This document shows positions 25,121 through 39,128 of a stretch of DNA of 64,000 bases, piece after piece. The translations under genes were made by a program, and so were the position numbers. The notes below the pieces were generated by a model, which had not been told where the DNA came from, ran no database searches, and was given only the letters and a program-made list of their open reading frames with translations. The stretch is from Octopus vulgaris (taxonomy: Eukaryota): the NCBI GenBank assembly GCA_951406725.2, contig OX597815.1, forward strand, positions 73,656,001 through 73,720,000, written 5' to 3'. Each line of letters opens with the position of its first letter. Within the stretch, counting starts at the first letter, position 1.

Positions 25121-28100
25121 TGTAACTTGAGGGTGCACCTTGACACATCTTCACCATCATCCTCCTTTTCTAACTCAGGTAATCCTGAATCTACCTTACA
25201 GCAAGACACCTGATCCTGTTCCCCTATCATACTTTAGCACTTCATCACCTGGCATAAAGCTGCCTCCCTCAATACTACTCCCATTTCAGATGAGGGGCCT
25301 TGTCTTATAAGTTACTTGCTGACCTCACAAGTGCTGGTACCATGTAAAAAGTATACAGTACACAGATTGCTCTGTAAAGTGATTGGTATTAGGAAGAAAC
25401 CATGCCAAAGCAGACATTTGAATTTGATGTAGTCCTCTGGCTCACCAGTTTCTGTTGAACCATCCAACTCATGCCAGCATGGAAAATAGATTTTATATGA
25501 TGATGATGAAGATCTAAGGCGGCGAGCTGGCAGAAACATTAGCACGTCAGGCGAAATGCGTAGCCATATTTCGTCTGCCGTTACATTCCAAGTTCAAATT
25601 CTGCCGAGGTCAACTTTGTCTTTCATCCTTTCGGGGTCGATAAATTAAGTACCAGTTACGCACTGGGGTCGATGTAATCGACTTAATCCGTTTGTCTGTC
25701 CTTGTTTGGCCCCTTGAGGGTAATAAGGAAATAGATTATGAAGATCTAATATTAAGTTAAAATAAGGTAGTGAGCTGGCAGAATCATTGACATGCCAGGC
25801 AAGTACCAGTTCAACACTGGGGTTGATGTAATCAACTTACCTCTCCCTCAAAATTGTTGGCCTTGTGCCAAAATGTGAAACTAATATTAAGTCAAAATTT
25901 CAAATCATATGGTATCTACTGTTTTAAAGACGGTGAAAGAGGTTTGGTTACTGTTACATTCATGGTACAGAGCCTGTTGATTAGGACATTGGGCTAATGG
26001 TCATAAGAGTTCGATTCCAGGCACTTCATTTTACATTACTCCATTCTACACAACTGTGGAGGCATGTGGCTTAGCAGTTAGGGTGTTGGTACTAGCGTAG
26101 CTAGAGTGTGTGCTGCCCGGGGTGGCTCTTCTGCTTGTTGCCCCTGGACCCCACAGAAAACATATATTGCCTACAGTAATAGCCTAAAACAGGATGAAAA
26201 GTGCCACCCCTTTAAAAGTGCTACCCCTACCTCCTCCCCTAGCTACACTAGTGGGAGTTGGATTCATGATCGTAAGATTGTGATTTCAATTCCTGGACAG
26301 GGTGACACATTGTGTTCTTGAGCAAAACACTTCATTTCAAGTTGCTCCAGTCATTTCAAGTTGCTCCAGTCATTTCAAGTTGCTCCAGCTGGCAAAAATG
26401 AGTAATCCTATGACAGGCTGGCATCCCATCCAGGTGGGGAATATATACGCCATGGAAACCAGGAAACTGGCCCTTATGAGGCAGCATAACTTGAAAAGGT
26501 CACTATTTTCCAGTCTACTCAACAAAAAATGAGTACCAGTCATGGGCTGCTGCAGCTCTTTCACACACCAGTTGGCAACCCTTGCTGTTTTACTGGGTCA
26601 AGGATAAGTGCACTGCGAGAGTGTCTGTGTTTTCTTGCCACTACACAGGCACCTATAACAAATTAGTTCAAATTCCACCAAGGTCAACTTTGCCTTTCAT
26701 CCTTTTAGGATTGATAAAATATGTACCAGTTACACACTGGAGTTGATGTAATTGGCTTACCCTCTCCCCCTGTCAATGGTATCATTATCATTACTATTCT
26801 GCCACTAGCATCCCTCTGGGCTTCCCTATCTTGAGCAACCCATTCCTTCAACCCTTCCCAATATTCATAGATGATGCCTACATACTACCCTCTCGCATTT
26901 CTCCTACCACTCTCCCATGCACTCTCACAAACCCTCACCCATTATTAACCATCATACTTGGGTGCCACCTGGACATCTCATCACCACTATCTACCACTTT
27001 GGAGATACCACCAATTCATTCTCACTCTCTCTCTCTTTCTCTCTTCTACATGTGAAGAGCTATGTAACTACTTTACAACAAGAACCTGCTCTACCCAAAC
27101 CTCCTCCCTCATACCTCAACCACCATCTAACATAAGGATGCAACACCCCCACCCCTTCCTTGGGTTTGTGGACTTAGAGCTACATGCAGGTGACACGTAA
27201 AAAAAGTACCCAGTACACATTGTAAAGTGGTTGGCATTAGGAAGGGTACCCAGCTGCAGAAACCAAGCCAAAGTAGATACCGAAGAACTATATAGTCCTC
27301 ACACTCACTGGACCCTTGTCAAACTATCCAACTCAGGCCAGCAAGGAAAATGGACGTTAAATGATGATGATGATGATAACACAATGAACTTCTATCAGTT
27401 TCCATCAACCAAATCCACTCAAGGCTTTGGTTGGACTAGGTCTCTAACAGAAGGCACATGCCTAAGGTACCATACAATGGGACTGAACCCAAAACCATGT
27501 GGTTTGGAAGCAAACTTCTTAGTTACACACAACCATACCTATGTCTGTTATTTATTTTTGATATACAGTATCGGAAAATAAATAGCAATATGAAGCAGTG
27601 TTGATCTCCTATCCAAACCATACCAACATTGAAAATATAAAACAGAAAAAAAAATGGTCATTTAAAACATCAATGTTTTAATTACTGTTTTTGATGATGG
27701 TGATGATGATGATGATGAAATTCTAATGCTAACATGAACAAAAAAAGGTAACAAAAAAAAAATTAGCAGATGGTGAGTTCGACATCACTCAGAGCTTTAG
27801 TTTTTGGATATCCTTGAATTTCAGTGTTGGTTGATCGAACCTGATGATGACTGTGGTAGCAATGCTGTTTTCTAGAGAGATAGAATAGGAAGAACAGGAA
27901 GGGGGTGTGCGATGATAATAGTGGTGGTGGTGGTGGTGGTGGTGGCAGTGGTGGTGTGAGGATAAATTCTTTTGTTTATTTTCAATTTTCAATTACATAT
28001 TTATCTTTTTATACATTTTGCAATTAATACAAGTTTTATGATTGCTGTTTCTAACAGACAATGTCTCAATTAATGAAATTGTCTAACTCACTGAATATCT

Positions 28101-28541
28101 TAACGAGTCGACAATTCCTGTCTTTTGGAGTTGTTGTTGTTGTGTGTGTGTGTGTGTGTGTGTGTGCATGCTTGCGTGTGTGTGTGTTTGTAGTTTCAAG
28201 TTATTTCCTTTCTGGTTTTCTCTGAGTCAGGTTTTAATTTTGTTTTGTTTCGTTTTTGTTTTTGTTTTGACTTTTTTTATTTTTAATTTTCGTGTTGTTT
28301 CATCTCTCATTTTTCTTATTTGAAATTTATTTAAAAACAAAAATAAAAAATCCAACAATAACAACAACAACAAAGCAACAGATTTTTGCTTTGAAAATAA
28401 AAAAAAAAAAAAGGAAAAATGAAACCAATAAAAAAACATTTGTTTTTCTGAAAGAGCGATAAAATAATGTAAAGTAATGAAGAGATATTGTTTAGCAGAA
28501 CATCCGCCTTCCACCCCTCTGCCATAGTTATGGGTTCTTGT

Positions 28542-28575
<34 letters not shown>

Positions 28576-28734
28576 GGGGAGAGAGAGATAGAGAATATGA
28601 ACAAAGACAGTGGGGTGCAGGAATGGGTGAGAGGGCAATGTGATGAAATGGAATGGAATGAAATGAAAGAAATTAAAACAACACTGCTAATTAGATTTAG
28701 TGTTTCATCCCCTCCACCGTCTTTATGTATGTAT

Positions 28735-29616
<882 letters not shown>

Positions 29617-31202
29617 AAACATACAATTTATTTTATGAACAGACACAGACAGACATACTTTGTCGTCTGTACATCATCGATGTAGGTGGAGTCGTTGTAA
29701 ACAACTTATTTTACTAAGTTTAAAAGCCATTAAAGTTATTTTAGTATGTTATGTAATGTTGTATAACTTCTAAAATTGTAAACTGATATTATAAATCAAA
29801 GAAAATCGAGATGTTAATTGAAATGACAAAGATAAAATATTGCCTTCATCGTCGTTATCATCATCATCATCATCATCACTCGTCATCGTCATCATCACGG
29901 CCGTCATTGTTGTCATCATAACGTCTGTTGTTTAAGCTCCAGGTTAATTCTGATTGAACAAACTTATGATAAAAAAAAAACACGCATTCTATTGATGATG
30001 ACCAACGAATTCATTGTGTATGCGGTGGAGGGGGTTATCTAGGAGTACAAATCTTAATGTGCGTTTTCTCGGTGGGTGTAATTACAAGTGTAACCGCTCG
30101 GGTTAGCTCTTATGTTTGCCGATCCACGCCCTCCCACCGGAGCCTCTAAGCTTATGCAGCAGGCATCAGTAACCTTTTTTGAGAAGTGGGCCACATGAAA
30201 TATGGTTCATCACAAGGCGGGCCGCAATATTAAAAAAAATTCAAGGTAATTTTTTGTTGGTGTACCATTCCCACGGGCTGCAATTTGCCCTTGATTGCTA
30301 TACAGGTTTATACAGTAAACCCAAAGGTCCTGCCTTGAAAAAGTGTCGCCTAGGGCGGACTGACCCCTCTCCACCACCCCTAACGCTGCTATTACCGTTC
30401 TCTTTAAGAATGGAAAGTATAGTTTTAAGACGTATTAGCTGCTATTTTTTAGTAGGTCAAGTAATTTAAAGGTTTTCTCGTTGGCTTTTTTTAAATACAT
30501 TTTTTTTATCTAATAGCTAATGTTATTTAACACCGTCAGTTCTCTAATAATTAAAAAGAATACTTAGATTCTGACACTTATTAATATTTACATATAATAT
30601 TTAGAGTAGCATTGAGAATTCAGACAGAATTTAAATCAGAAAAATTCTTACTTGAGCCGTTCATTACAAATAAATGGAGAGTATGGAAGATATTGTAAGA
30701 ATGTGTTTATGAAGGAGAAGAGGCGAGAGGCGAAAGGTAACCTGAAACATACCACGATGAATTGACACAATCAAGATCGTTTAATCTCTAAATGAACAAG
30801 TTGAAATCTGTCGTCAAAATCGGCTCAAAACACCCTCTACCTTATAACGTCATTGGGCAATTTACGACGCTAATTTCAACCAATTGAATCTCCTGCTTCC
30901 ATCACATTCCTGCCTGAGTTGTTTATAACTCCAGGTGACTCTAAGATATATTTACCAAAGAGCATGAAATGTTGACCATTATTTTTCCTGTTTTATAATC
31001 CAAATGTTAGTGTCTGTGTTTTCACTGCTTATGTGTATACGTAGCAAAAAGAAGTCTTTCAAGTATGGGAGAGCCCACGATAAATCTTCATCAATCAGTT
31101 GAATCGTTTTCTTTTGGATTTTGAATTTAGTCAAAGATTGTTTGTTTATATCAGCAACTCTAGCCAATAGATGTGAGCTGTACATATCAGTTTTATTTAA
31201 GA

Positions 31203-31595
31203 CTAGCAGTATCGCCCGGCGTTGCTCAGGTTTGTTTCGACCCTTTAGAATTGGAATTTTTGAAAAGTAAAAATTTTGAATTATGTAGCTTGTTATTCTC
31301 TTTAAGAGAACATTTTTCTGGTTGAAATACACCGAAAAATGGCGACACAGCTGTCCAAAAATCGTAAAAAATAGGGATTTTCATAGAAAAAAAGCACCTT
31401 TTTGATGTAAATAATTTTTGGTGCTAACATGGTCCGACTTGAATTTTTTTCTTCTATGGAAGGAAGAGCAAGCCTTCTTCTATCATACTCTCAATTTTGG
31501 TCAACTTGCACTGCAGGGTCTCGGAGAAGATAGTGTTAGTTGAAGGCTACCAAACCTGCCATACACAGACAACTTCAGCTTTATATAGAGAGAGA
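31203..31595 (-). mobile_element. non-autonomous Helitron
   Basis: Minus strand begins TCtctctctatataaag and ends with a subterminal hairpin (cctgagcaacgccggg) plus CTAG; inserted between A and T with no TSD; interrupts a decayed L2/CR1-like LINE. Confidence 0.8.
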
Positions 31596-31734
31596 TTTGT
31601 AGAATATAGCAATTGGTTGGTGCTGGGATTGTACAGTATGTGAAGTAGTTTTGTGAAAGCTGTCAGGATTTTTATGTGAAATCATCAGAGATTGTCAAGT
31701 CTGGTATTTGGTATTACTGTGAAGGTTCTATCGT

Positions 31735-32157
31735 TTATCTTTTATTTGTTTCAGTCATTAGACTGCAACCATACTGGGGCATAACTTTGAAGAGTTTAGT
31801 CAAACAAATTAACCCCAGATATATGTTCTTTAAAGTCTAGTACTTATTCTATCATTCTCTTTTTACTGAACAGCTAAGTTACAGGGTTGTAAACAAACCA
31901 ACACCAATTGTCTAGTGGTGGTGGAGGACAAAGACAAAGATAGAACCCATACACACACATGAATGCACATGCATGCCCACATGCATACACACACACACAT
32001 AAGGGACTTCTTTCAGTTTCTGTCTACCATATCCACTCACGGGGCTTTGGTCAGCGTGAGGATATAGCAGAAGACACTTGCCCAAGATGCCACACAGTGA
32101 GACTGAACCCAGAACCATGTGGCTGGGAAGCAAACTTCTTACCACACAGCCATGCCT
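31735..32157 (-). mobile_element. SINE family A, full length
   Basis: Reverse complement of the 9314-9685 family; similar copies at 38255-38692, 40065-40498, 44555-45215 and 56925-57335. Confidence 0.8.
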
Positions 32158-32469
32158 GATTATGAATTGTTCGTAATCAAAGAGAGTAATATTGCTTTCT
32201 ACCTATGTATATTGTTTGATTTTTGTTAGTGATGTTGAAAGAGGCTAAGTTGAGGATTGTGCTCAAGGTCTCTCTTCTCAGAAACTGTATGTCTCTGAGA
32301 TGAGATGTTTAGGTTGTATATAGATGATACAAGACACTACCCACTTCCACAAGAAGCTGTTCTTTTCTTTTCAACAGATGGCTTCACTCTTCCCTATCCT
32401 TTACCAGTATCCTAGCCATGTATTATTTTTTCTCCTCTTTCAAGGAAAGCATACTGGTGCTGGTTACTG

Positions 32470-32841
32470 CGGAAAGGGAGTGACGGTTGGATGGAACTTG
32501 CACTCGCCTCCTTATGAGAGCTCAAAATCTCTCGTGGAAGCGTCATCCAACCAAAGTACAAATATATGGGAAACTACCACCTGTATCATCTCTTGTGAAA
32601 GGTAGAAGAGTCCAGTTTGCTGGACATTGTTGCAGAGCTGAAAACGAGGTAATTTCTACTCTTCTTCCCTGGAAGCCATCTGCTTGCGATACCAGAAGGC
32701 ACACACTCTCCTACCCTGATGTAATCTCCAGGGATACAGGCATCCAGCAACAGGACCTCCGTAATGCTATGATGGACCGTGAAGTCTGGCGTAACATAGT
32801 AAATTCCATTGTCTCGACCACGGTCGAACAATGATGATGAT
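32470..32841 (+). mobile_element. young RTE/RTE-X LINE 3' end
   Basis: Open ORF LDGTCTRLLMRAQNLSWKRHPT...RRVQFAGHCCRA...MMDREVWRNIV followed by a (TGA)n tail. Confidence 0.85.
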
Positions 32842-33311
32842 AAAAGAGATGATTATTAACATTTGTTTCTTTCACCTTTCAAATACTGAAAGTGAAAGTG
32901 ATGTGAATGATAAGAGATGTCATTTGGGAGATGTGACACACTGTAGAATGTTTCCAAATATCTGAACAGATTCCTATTGAGAGAGAGTTTTGAGGATTCT
33001 GGAGTGGTTAGGTGCTAGCCCTGGAGTGTACAATTTTAAGGTGAAAGAATGAATGCCATCAAGAAACAAAGGTAAGTTTAGAAATTGAAGATAAGTCAGT
33101 CAGTGTTACAAATTGCTAATGTCATGAAGATTAGTCCCAGTAAGATAGAAATTCTATGAAAACAATGGTTTTAAATTTTGGCACAAGGACAGCAATTTTG
33201 GAGGAGGGTTAAGTCAGTTGCATTGACCCCAGTGTGCAACTGGAACTTATTTTAATGACCCTGAAAGGATGGAGGGCAAAGTCAACCTTAGCAGAATTTG
33301 AACTCAGAATA

Positions 33312-33537
33312 TAACCCTTTTGTTACTAACCCGGCCAAAACCGGCTCTGGCTCTGTGGTAAAATGTCTTGTTTTCATAAGTTTTGAATTGAAATATTCCA
33401 CCAAGCCTTAGTCACAATTTACGTTCCTAACACTAGATTAATGATAACTAAGTTATTTTAGTAAATTCTTTGTTATTTTTAAAATAATTGAAAGAAACAC
33501 AGAGCATCTCAAAATAAATACAGTAACAAAAGGGATA
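33312..33537. mobile_element. piggyBac-like MITE inserted in a SINE B
   Basis: TIRs cccttttgttact / agtaacaaaaggg with (A/T)TAA flanks; related TTAA-CCCTTT elements at 38019-38807 and 62659-63224. Confidence 0.6.
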
Positions 33538-33844
33538 AAGAGAAATGAAATGTCGCTAAGCATTTTGCCTGGCATGGTAATGATTCAGCCATTTCACCAC
33601 CTTATTCTGAGAAAATATTAGTATTCAATATATTCTTATTCTTTTTTCTTTTACTTGTTTCAGTCATTTGACTGTAGCCATGCTGGAGCACTGCCTTTAG
33701 TCGAACAAATCGACCCCAGGACTTATTCTTTGTAAGCCTAGTACTTATTCTATCAGTCTCTTTTGCCGAACCGCTAAGTTACAGAGACATAAACACACCA
33801 GCATCGATTGTCAAGCGATGGTGGGGAAACAAATATGTACATAC

Positions 33845-34466
33845 ACATGCTGCCAACAAAGCACGCGGAATTCTGTTCTTGATTCGACGATCATTCGGAA
33901 TGCTCACAGCAGCCATATTCCTACCACTCTATGTCATGCTGGTGAGACCCATATTGGAGTATGGGATTCAAGCCTCTTCTCCTTATCTCCTCAAAGACAT
34001 ACAGCATCTCGAAAGAGTCCAGAAGCTGGCTACCCGCATGGTTCATGGTCTCAAAATTTGTCCTACAAAGAAAGGCTGAGGACGCTCGACCTTTATTCTC
34101 TTGAAAAACGCTGCCGCCGTAGTGATCTCATTCTCGCCCACAACATCATAAGCGGAAAGTGTAACCTCTCGAAAGAGCTGTTCTTCACTCCTGCTCCAGA
34201 GCGTCGGCTGCGGGGTCATTCCGAAAAGCTCTACCTGCGACGATTTCATCTCAATCGAAGGAGAGGAGCTTTCTCTGTCCGGGTTGCGGATCCGTGGAAC
34301 AAGCTGCCAGACGAGATGGTAAAGATGCCGACGACCGCTTTGTTCAAAGCCTCCCTGGACCTCAAGTGGCCTGAACTCTTTACATGAACACCACCCTGTA
34401 CTTAACTCCATGTCCCCCTACATGGCCTTGCTATTTGCTTTTGAGCCAAATTAACTAACTAACTAA

Positions 34467-34468
<2 letters not shown>
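33845..34468 (+). mobile_element. young CR1-clade LINE 3' end inserted into a SINE A
   Basis: LPLYVMLVRPILEYG...LERVQKLATRMV (one frameshift) LSYKERLRTLDLYSLEKR...RLRGHSEKL...FSVRVADPWNKLP; (TAAC)n tail. Confidence 0.9.
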
Positions 34469-34516
<48 letters not shown>

Positions 34517-36061
34517 CGACGGGTTTCTTTCAGTTTCCATCTACCAAATCCACTTACTTGCCCAAGGTGCCATGCAGTGGAACTGAAGCCGGAACCATGT
34601 GGTTGGTAAACAAGCTACTTACCACACAGCCACACCTGTGCCTATATGATAGATATTCTAAAATAAAATGTTAATAAAATTGATTAGCAAGGAAGATTAT
34701 ATTTTGATTGGTATTTCAAAATATAAATTCATTAATTTACAGAGTGAAATTTATCTACTCAATCATCTTTTCCATCTCTAGCCTTTTTTTTTTCTCAACC
34801 CTGTCACTAAACCCCTCTTTTCTCTCCTCTTACTTAACACTCTTCATTCCTCTGCCTAAGATCATTGCCTGCTCTCCTTTTCTGCCTCGGTTATAGGATC
34901 CACTTTAGAGTGTTGATCTTGTAAGTTATGAGGTGATCATCACTAGTGCTGGTGTCATGAAGAAAAGCACTCAATACACTGTGTAAAGTTGTTGGTATGA
35001 GGAAGTGTATCAAGCCAGAGAAACCTTGCCAAAGTAGTCATTGGAGTTAGACACCACCCTCCAACTCATCAGACCCTATAATACAACCATACTACCCATA
35101 GTGATATGGAAGCTGGACATTAAATGATGATGATAATGATGAAGAAGAAGTACCTCATAGATTAGTTTGGACCAGGTAATTTTGTCTTAAAAAGTAAAAT
35201 AATATACACTCCCATTTTAAAGAATACTCAAAATTTACGTCCTTTCCTAAATATGGTATGAAGATTTTAAAGATAATATTTTAATAATTAATGCTTTCCC
35301 AAGTGTAAAATCACATCAACAATGTAGAGTGATTTCTAACAGCTTTCACACTAGGCCTTATTACTCTGCCAAGACATATTCTTCAAACATTAAGTGTTGA
35401 AAATTACAGATTCTACCTCAACACCTTAAATGTGAATTTATTTATTTTTTTATTTTGAAATTAACAAAATCAACTGTAATTAGTACTGTAATAGTTGTTC
35501 TTGAATTATATCAAGCTGGTTTAATGGCAAGATTGGAGAGATTTTCTGGAACACTTCAGAAAAGGTCAGGTAATTCCTAAACCTAGTGGCACCTTTAATC
35601 AATTCCTTGATTAGACAAATTAGATAGTATCTGCTATGGAAGGATGTTAGGGACATAATTTTTTTTATTTTTTATTTTTTTATTTTTTACTTAAGTTAGT
35701 TAATTTTTAAAGTCAATTAAAGGACTTCAACATTTAGAATTAAAGAAAAAAATCAAATATAAATAGGGAGAGAAAAGGTCATTAAAAATAATCTGAATAA
35801 TGACAATTCATCATTGTTATCACTGTATTTGTATTAATGTCCATTTTAACCATGCTGGCATAAGTTAGGAAAGTCTGTGATATGATACCCCAGAATCAAT
35901 AAATAAGTGCAGGCATGCCTGTGCAGTTAAAAAGCTTGCTTTGTAATCATATGGTTTCAGGTTCAGTCCCTCTGTGCAGTACCTTGGGCAAGTATCTTCT
36001 ACTATAGCTCTGGACCAACCAAAGCCTTGTAAATGAATTGGGTAGATGGAAATGTGTAGAA

Positions 36062-36620
36062 GTAAAAGCACCAACATATTACAATTCTGAAAAGTCATGA
36101 TGGAGAATGGTTATCCATACTCTTTCACTAAATGTCAGGACATCACTGAACCACCTTACAAAACCCCCACACCCAGTTTTCTGAAACTGCTACATTTTAA
36201 TAAAAATACAACTGCTTCAATCCACTGTGCGATACATGGGGATAGATTGAATTTATGATTGTCACACTCTGGACCTTCCCTGAGGAGATTCCTAGCTGAA
36301 AACAGGCCAAAACTAAACAGCACAATCAAAGATGAAAACATACATGTGCAGTCCTACATGGTGTATAAAATCACATGTAGCAAATGTAATGAATTCTACA
36401 TCAAAAGTACCATGAAATAAGTCCACATACAGGTTAAAGAACATCTCTATGCTAATGCTTCTGTCAAAAAACACCTATGGAAATGCCACATCCAAATTTC
36501 TGTTTAAGCTACAAAAAGAAACACTGGGAATTTGAGGATACAGGCAGCTGTGTTAATTAACAAGTACAACCTATAAATAAATAACAGATGAGAGCTGCAT
36601 GCAGCCTATTGGCTACTATA
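36062..36620 (+). mobile_element. Penelope-like element, GIY-YIG endonuclease remnant
   Basis: MMENGYP, then MVYKITCSKCNEFYIKSTMK*VHIQVKEH...SVKKHLWKC...NLRIQAAVLINKYNL*INNR, the GIY-YIG pattern. Confidence 0.8.
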
Positions 36621-38480
36621 GTAACACAAAACCACTCTTCATATACACACACAACACAGAGCAGAGAAATCAGCTACTAACACTTTTTCTCTGTGGATTT
36701 CCTGATTTCTGGGTTCTGGGTTCAGTCCCACTGTGTGGCACCTTTGGCAAGTGTCGCCTTGTAAGTAGATTTGGTAGATAGAAACTGAAAGAAGCCTGTT
36801 CTATATATATATATGCACACACATATATATACATATAAATATATACATATACATGTGTGTGTGTGTTTGTCTCCCACTACTGCTGGATAACCAATGTTTA
36901 CATCCCAGTAACATAGCAATTTGGCAAAAGAGGTCAATAGAACATGTACCAGGCTTAAAAACACACCACGCAAAAAAAAAATACTGATGCTGATTCATTC
37001 AACTAAAAATTCTTCAAGGTGGAGCCCCAGCATGGCCACAGTCAGATGTTCTCTCTTCTCTCTGCACTACCCATATCCTAACCAGCCTAATTCATCACCT
37101 CTTTCCTTCTCAAAGTAACATACTGCAAAAGTCTAGCTTTAATGAAAGCACACTGGTGATTACTGAGGAAGGAGAATGACTAAAGAGAGATGATTATTAA
37201 CAATTGTTTTCATCACCTCTAAGATACTGTGAGAGCAATAAAACAGCAGATCGTACTAAATGTATCTGCTCTAAATATGATGCACAGATTGCTACTTTGA
37301 ACTAATACATGATAGGTTTTCAGTTTTTTTCTCCCAACCCATTCACAAGACTTTGGTGTGTCCAGGGCTATAGTGGAAGATACTTGCTGAATGTGCTGTA
37401 TAGTGTGATTGAACCAGGAACCATGTGGTTGTGATGTGAACTTCATAACCATATGGCCATGCCTGTTTATCTGAGCTAAAGTGTTGTGTATTGTGTGCTT
37501 GTGTGTGTGTGTGAGAAAGAGAAAGAGAGTGTTTATGTGGGTGAGAAAAAGAAAGAGAGATTGTGTGTGTCTTTGTATCTGTGTTTGTGCCCCACCACTA
37601 CTTGACAACTGGTGTTGGTGTGTTTACATTTCTGTATCTTAGCAGTTCAGCAAAAGAGACTGATAAAATAAGTACCAGGCTTAACAAAAGAAAATAAGTG
37701 CAGGGGTTGATTCATTTGACTAAAAACTCTTTAGGGTGATGCCCCAGCTTGGCTGAAGTCTAATGGCTGAAACAAGTAAAAAAATAAAAGATATATGTAG
37801 TGTATATGTGTGGTACATGTTTGTACTTCCTTGTCTATTACAACAGTTGTAAATGAGCATCACTGTTGTACAAGCAGTATTGTTTGTCAAGCTTTCCACA
37901 GAAAACTTATTGCTTTGCTTAGTGACAAATAAGGGTTGGAGACAGGAAGGGCATCTACCTGAAGAAAATTCACTTCAACAAATTCTGTTCTGACCCATGC
38001 AAGAATGGAAATCTGAACATTAACCCTTTAGCATTCTGATTATTCTGTGAAATGTATTGCGTATTTATTCATGTGGTTTTGAATTAATCAAGCATTGCAG
38101 TTCTATATCTAAGAGATGAGGAATTATGTACATTATTTACATTATTTACATTTGACAGATATTAGTCCTCAACAAGATGAGGACAAATATCCGTCATATG
38201 TAAATAATATTATCAAGCATTGTCTTGTAGCTTCAAGATTTCAATGGTGCATATTCTTTTATTCTTTTACTTGTTTCAGTCATTTGACTTTAGCCGTGCT
38301 GGAGCACCACAATTAGTCAAACTAATCGTCCCCAGGACTTATTCTTTGTAAGTCTAGTACTTATTCTATTGGTGACTTGTGCCGAACCGCTAAGTTACAT
38401 GGACGTAAATACACCAACATCCGTTATCAAGCGATGGTGGAGGAAACAAACACAGACACACAAACACATACACACAAACT

Positions 38481-38536
<56 letters not shown>

Positions 38537-38808
38537 CGATGGGCTTCTCTAAGTTTCCATTTATCAAATCCACTCACAAGGCTTTGGTTGGCCCAAGGCT
38601 ATAGTAGAAGGCACTTGCCCAAGGAATCACGCAATGGGACTGAACCCGGAACCACGTGGTTGGGAAGCGAGCTTATTACCACACAGCCACTCATATATTT
38701 TTAGAATGACATTGTAGGGTAGGTGTGAGAGGTCGGATCTTGTCAGTTTTAACATAAAACATAGAATATTTGGACTGGATATGACTGGATTAAATGTTAA
38801 AGGGTTAA

Positions 38809-39128
38809 AATGATGATGATAATGATGTTGATGCACATGATGATGATGATAATAATGACGACAACGACGACGATGATGACAGTAACTACAGTGATGATGA
38901 TGATGATGATAATGATTATAATAATGATGGTGATGGTGATGACTGTAATGTTGATGATGATGGCAATGACGACAACAACAATGACCATGATGATGATTAT
39001 AATGATGGTGATTATAATAATGATGGTGATGGTGATGACTGTAATGTTGATGATGATGGCAATGACGACAACAACAATGACCATGACGATGATTATAATG
39101 ATGGTGGTAGTGCTGATGCTGATGATGA
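38809..39128. repeat. degenerate (ATG)n trinucleotide tract with an internal duplication of about 77 bp
   Basis: gattataataatgatggtgatggtgatgactgtaatg...acaatgaccatga occurs twice (about 38914 and 39010). Confidence 0.9.

Noticed and set aside
27686-27790. Signal-peptide-like MSNSPSANFFFVTFF...HHHH start
   Set aside because: As given, the frame stops after 18 codons; extending it needs an assumed homopolymer error.
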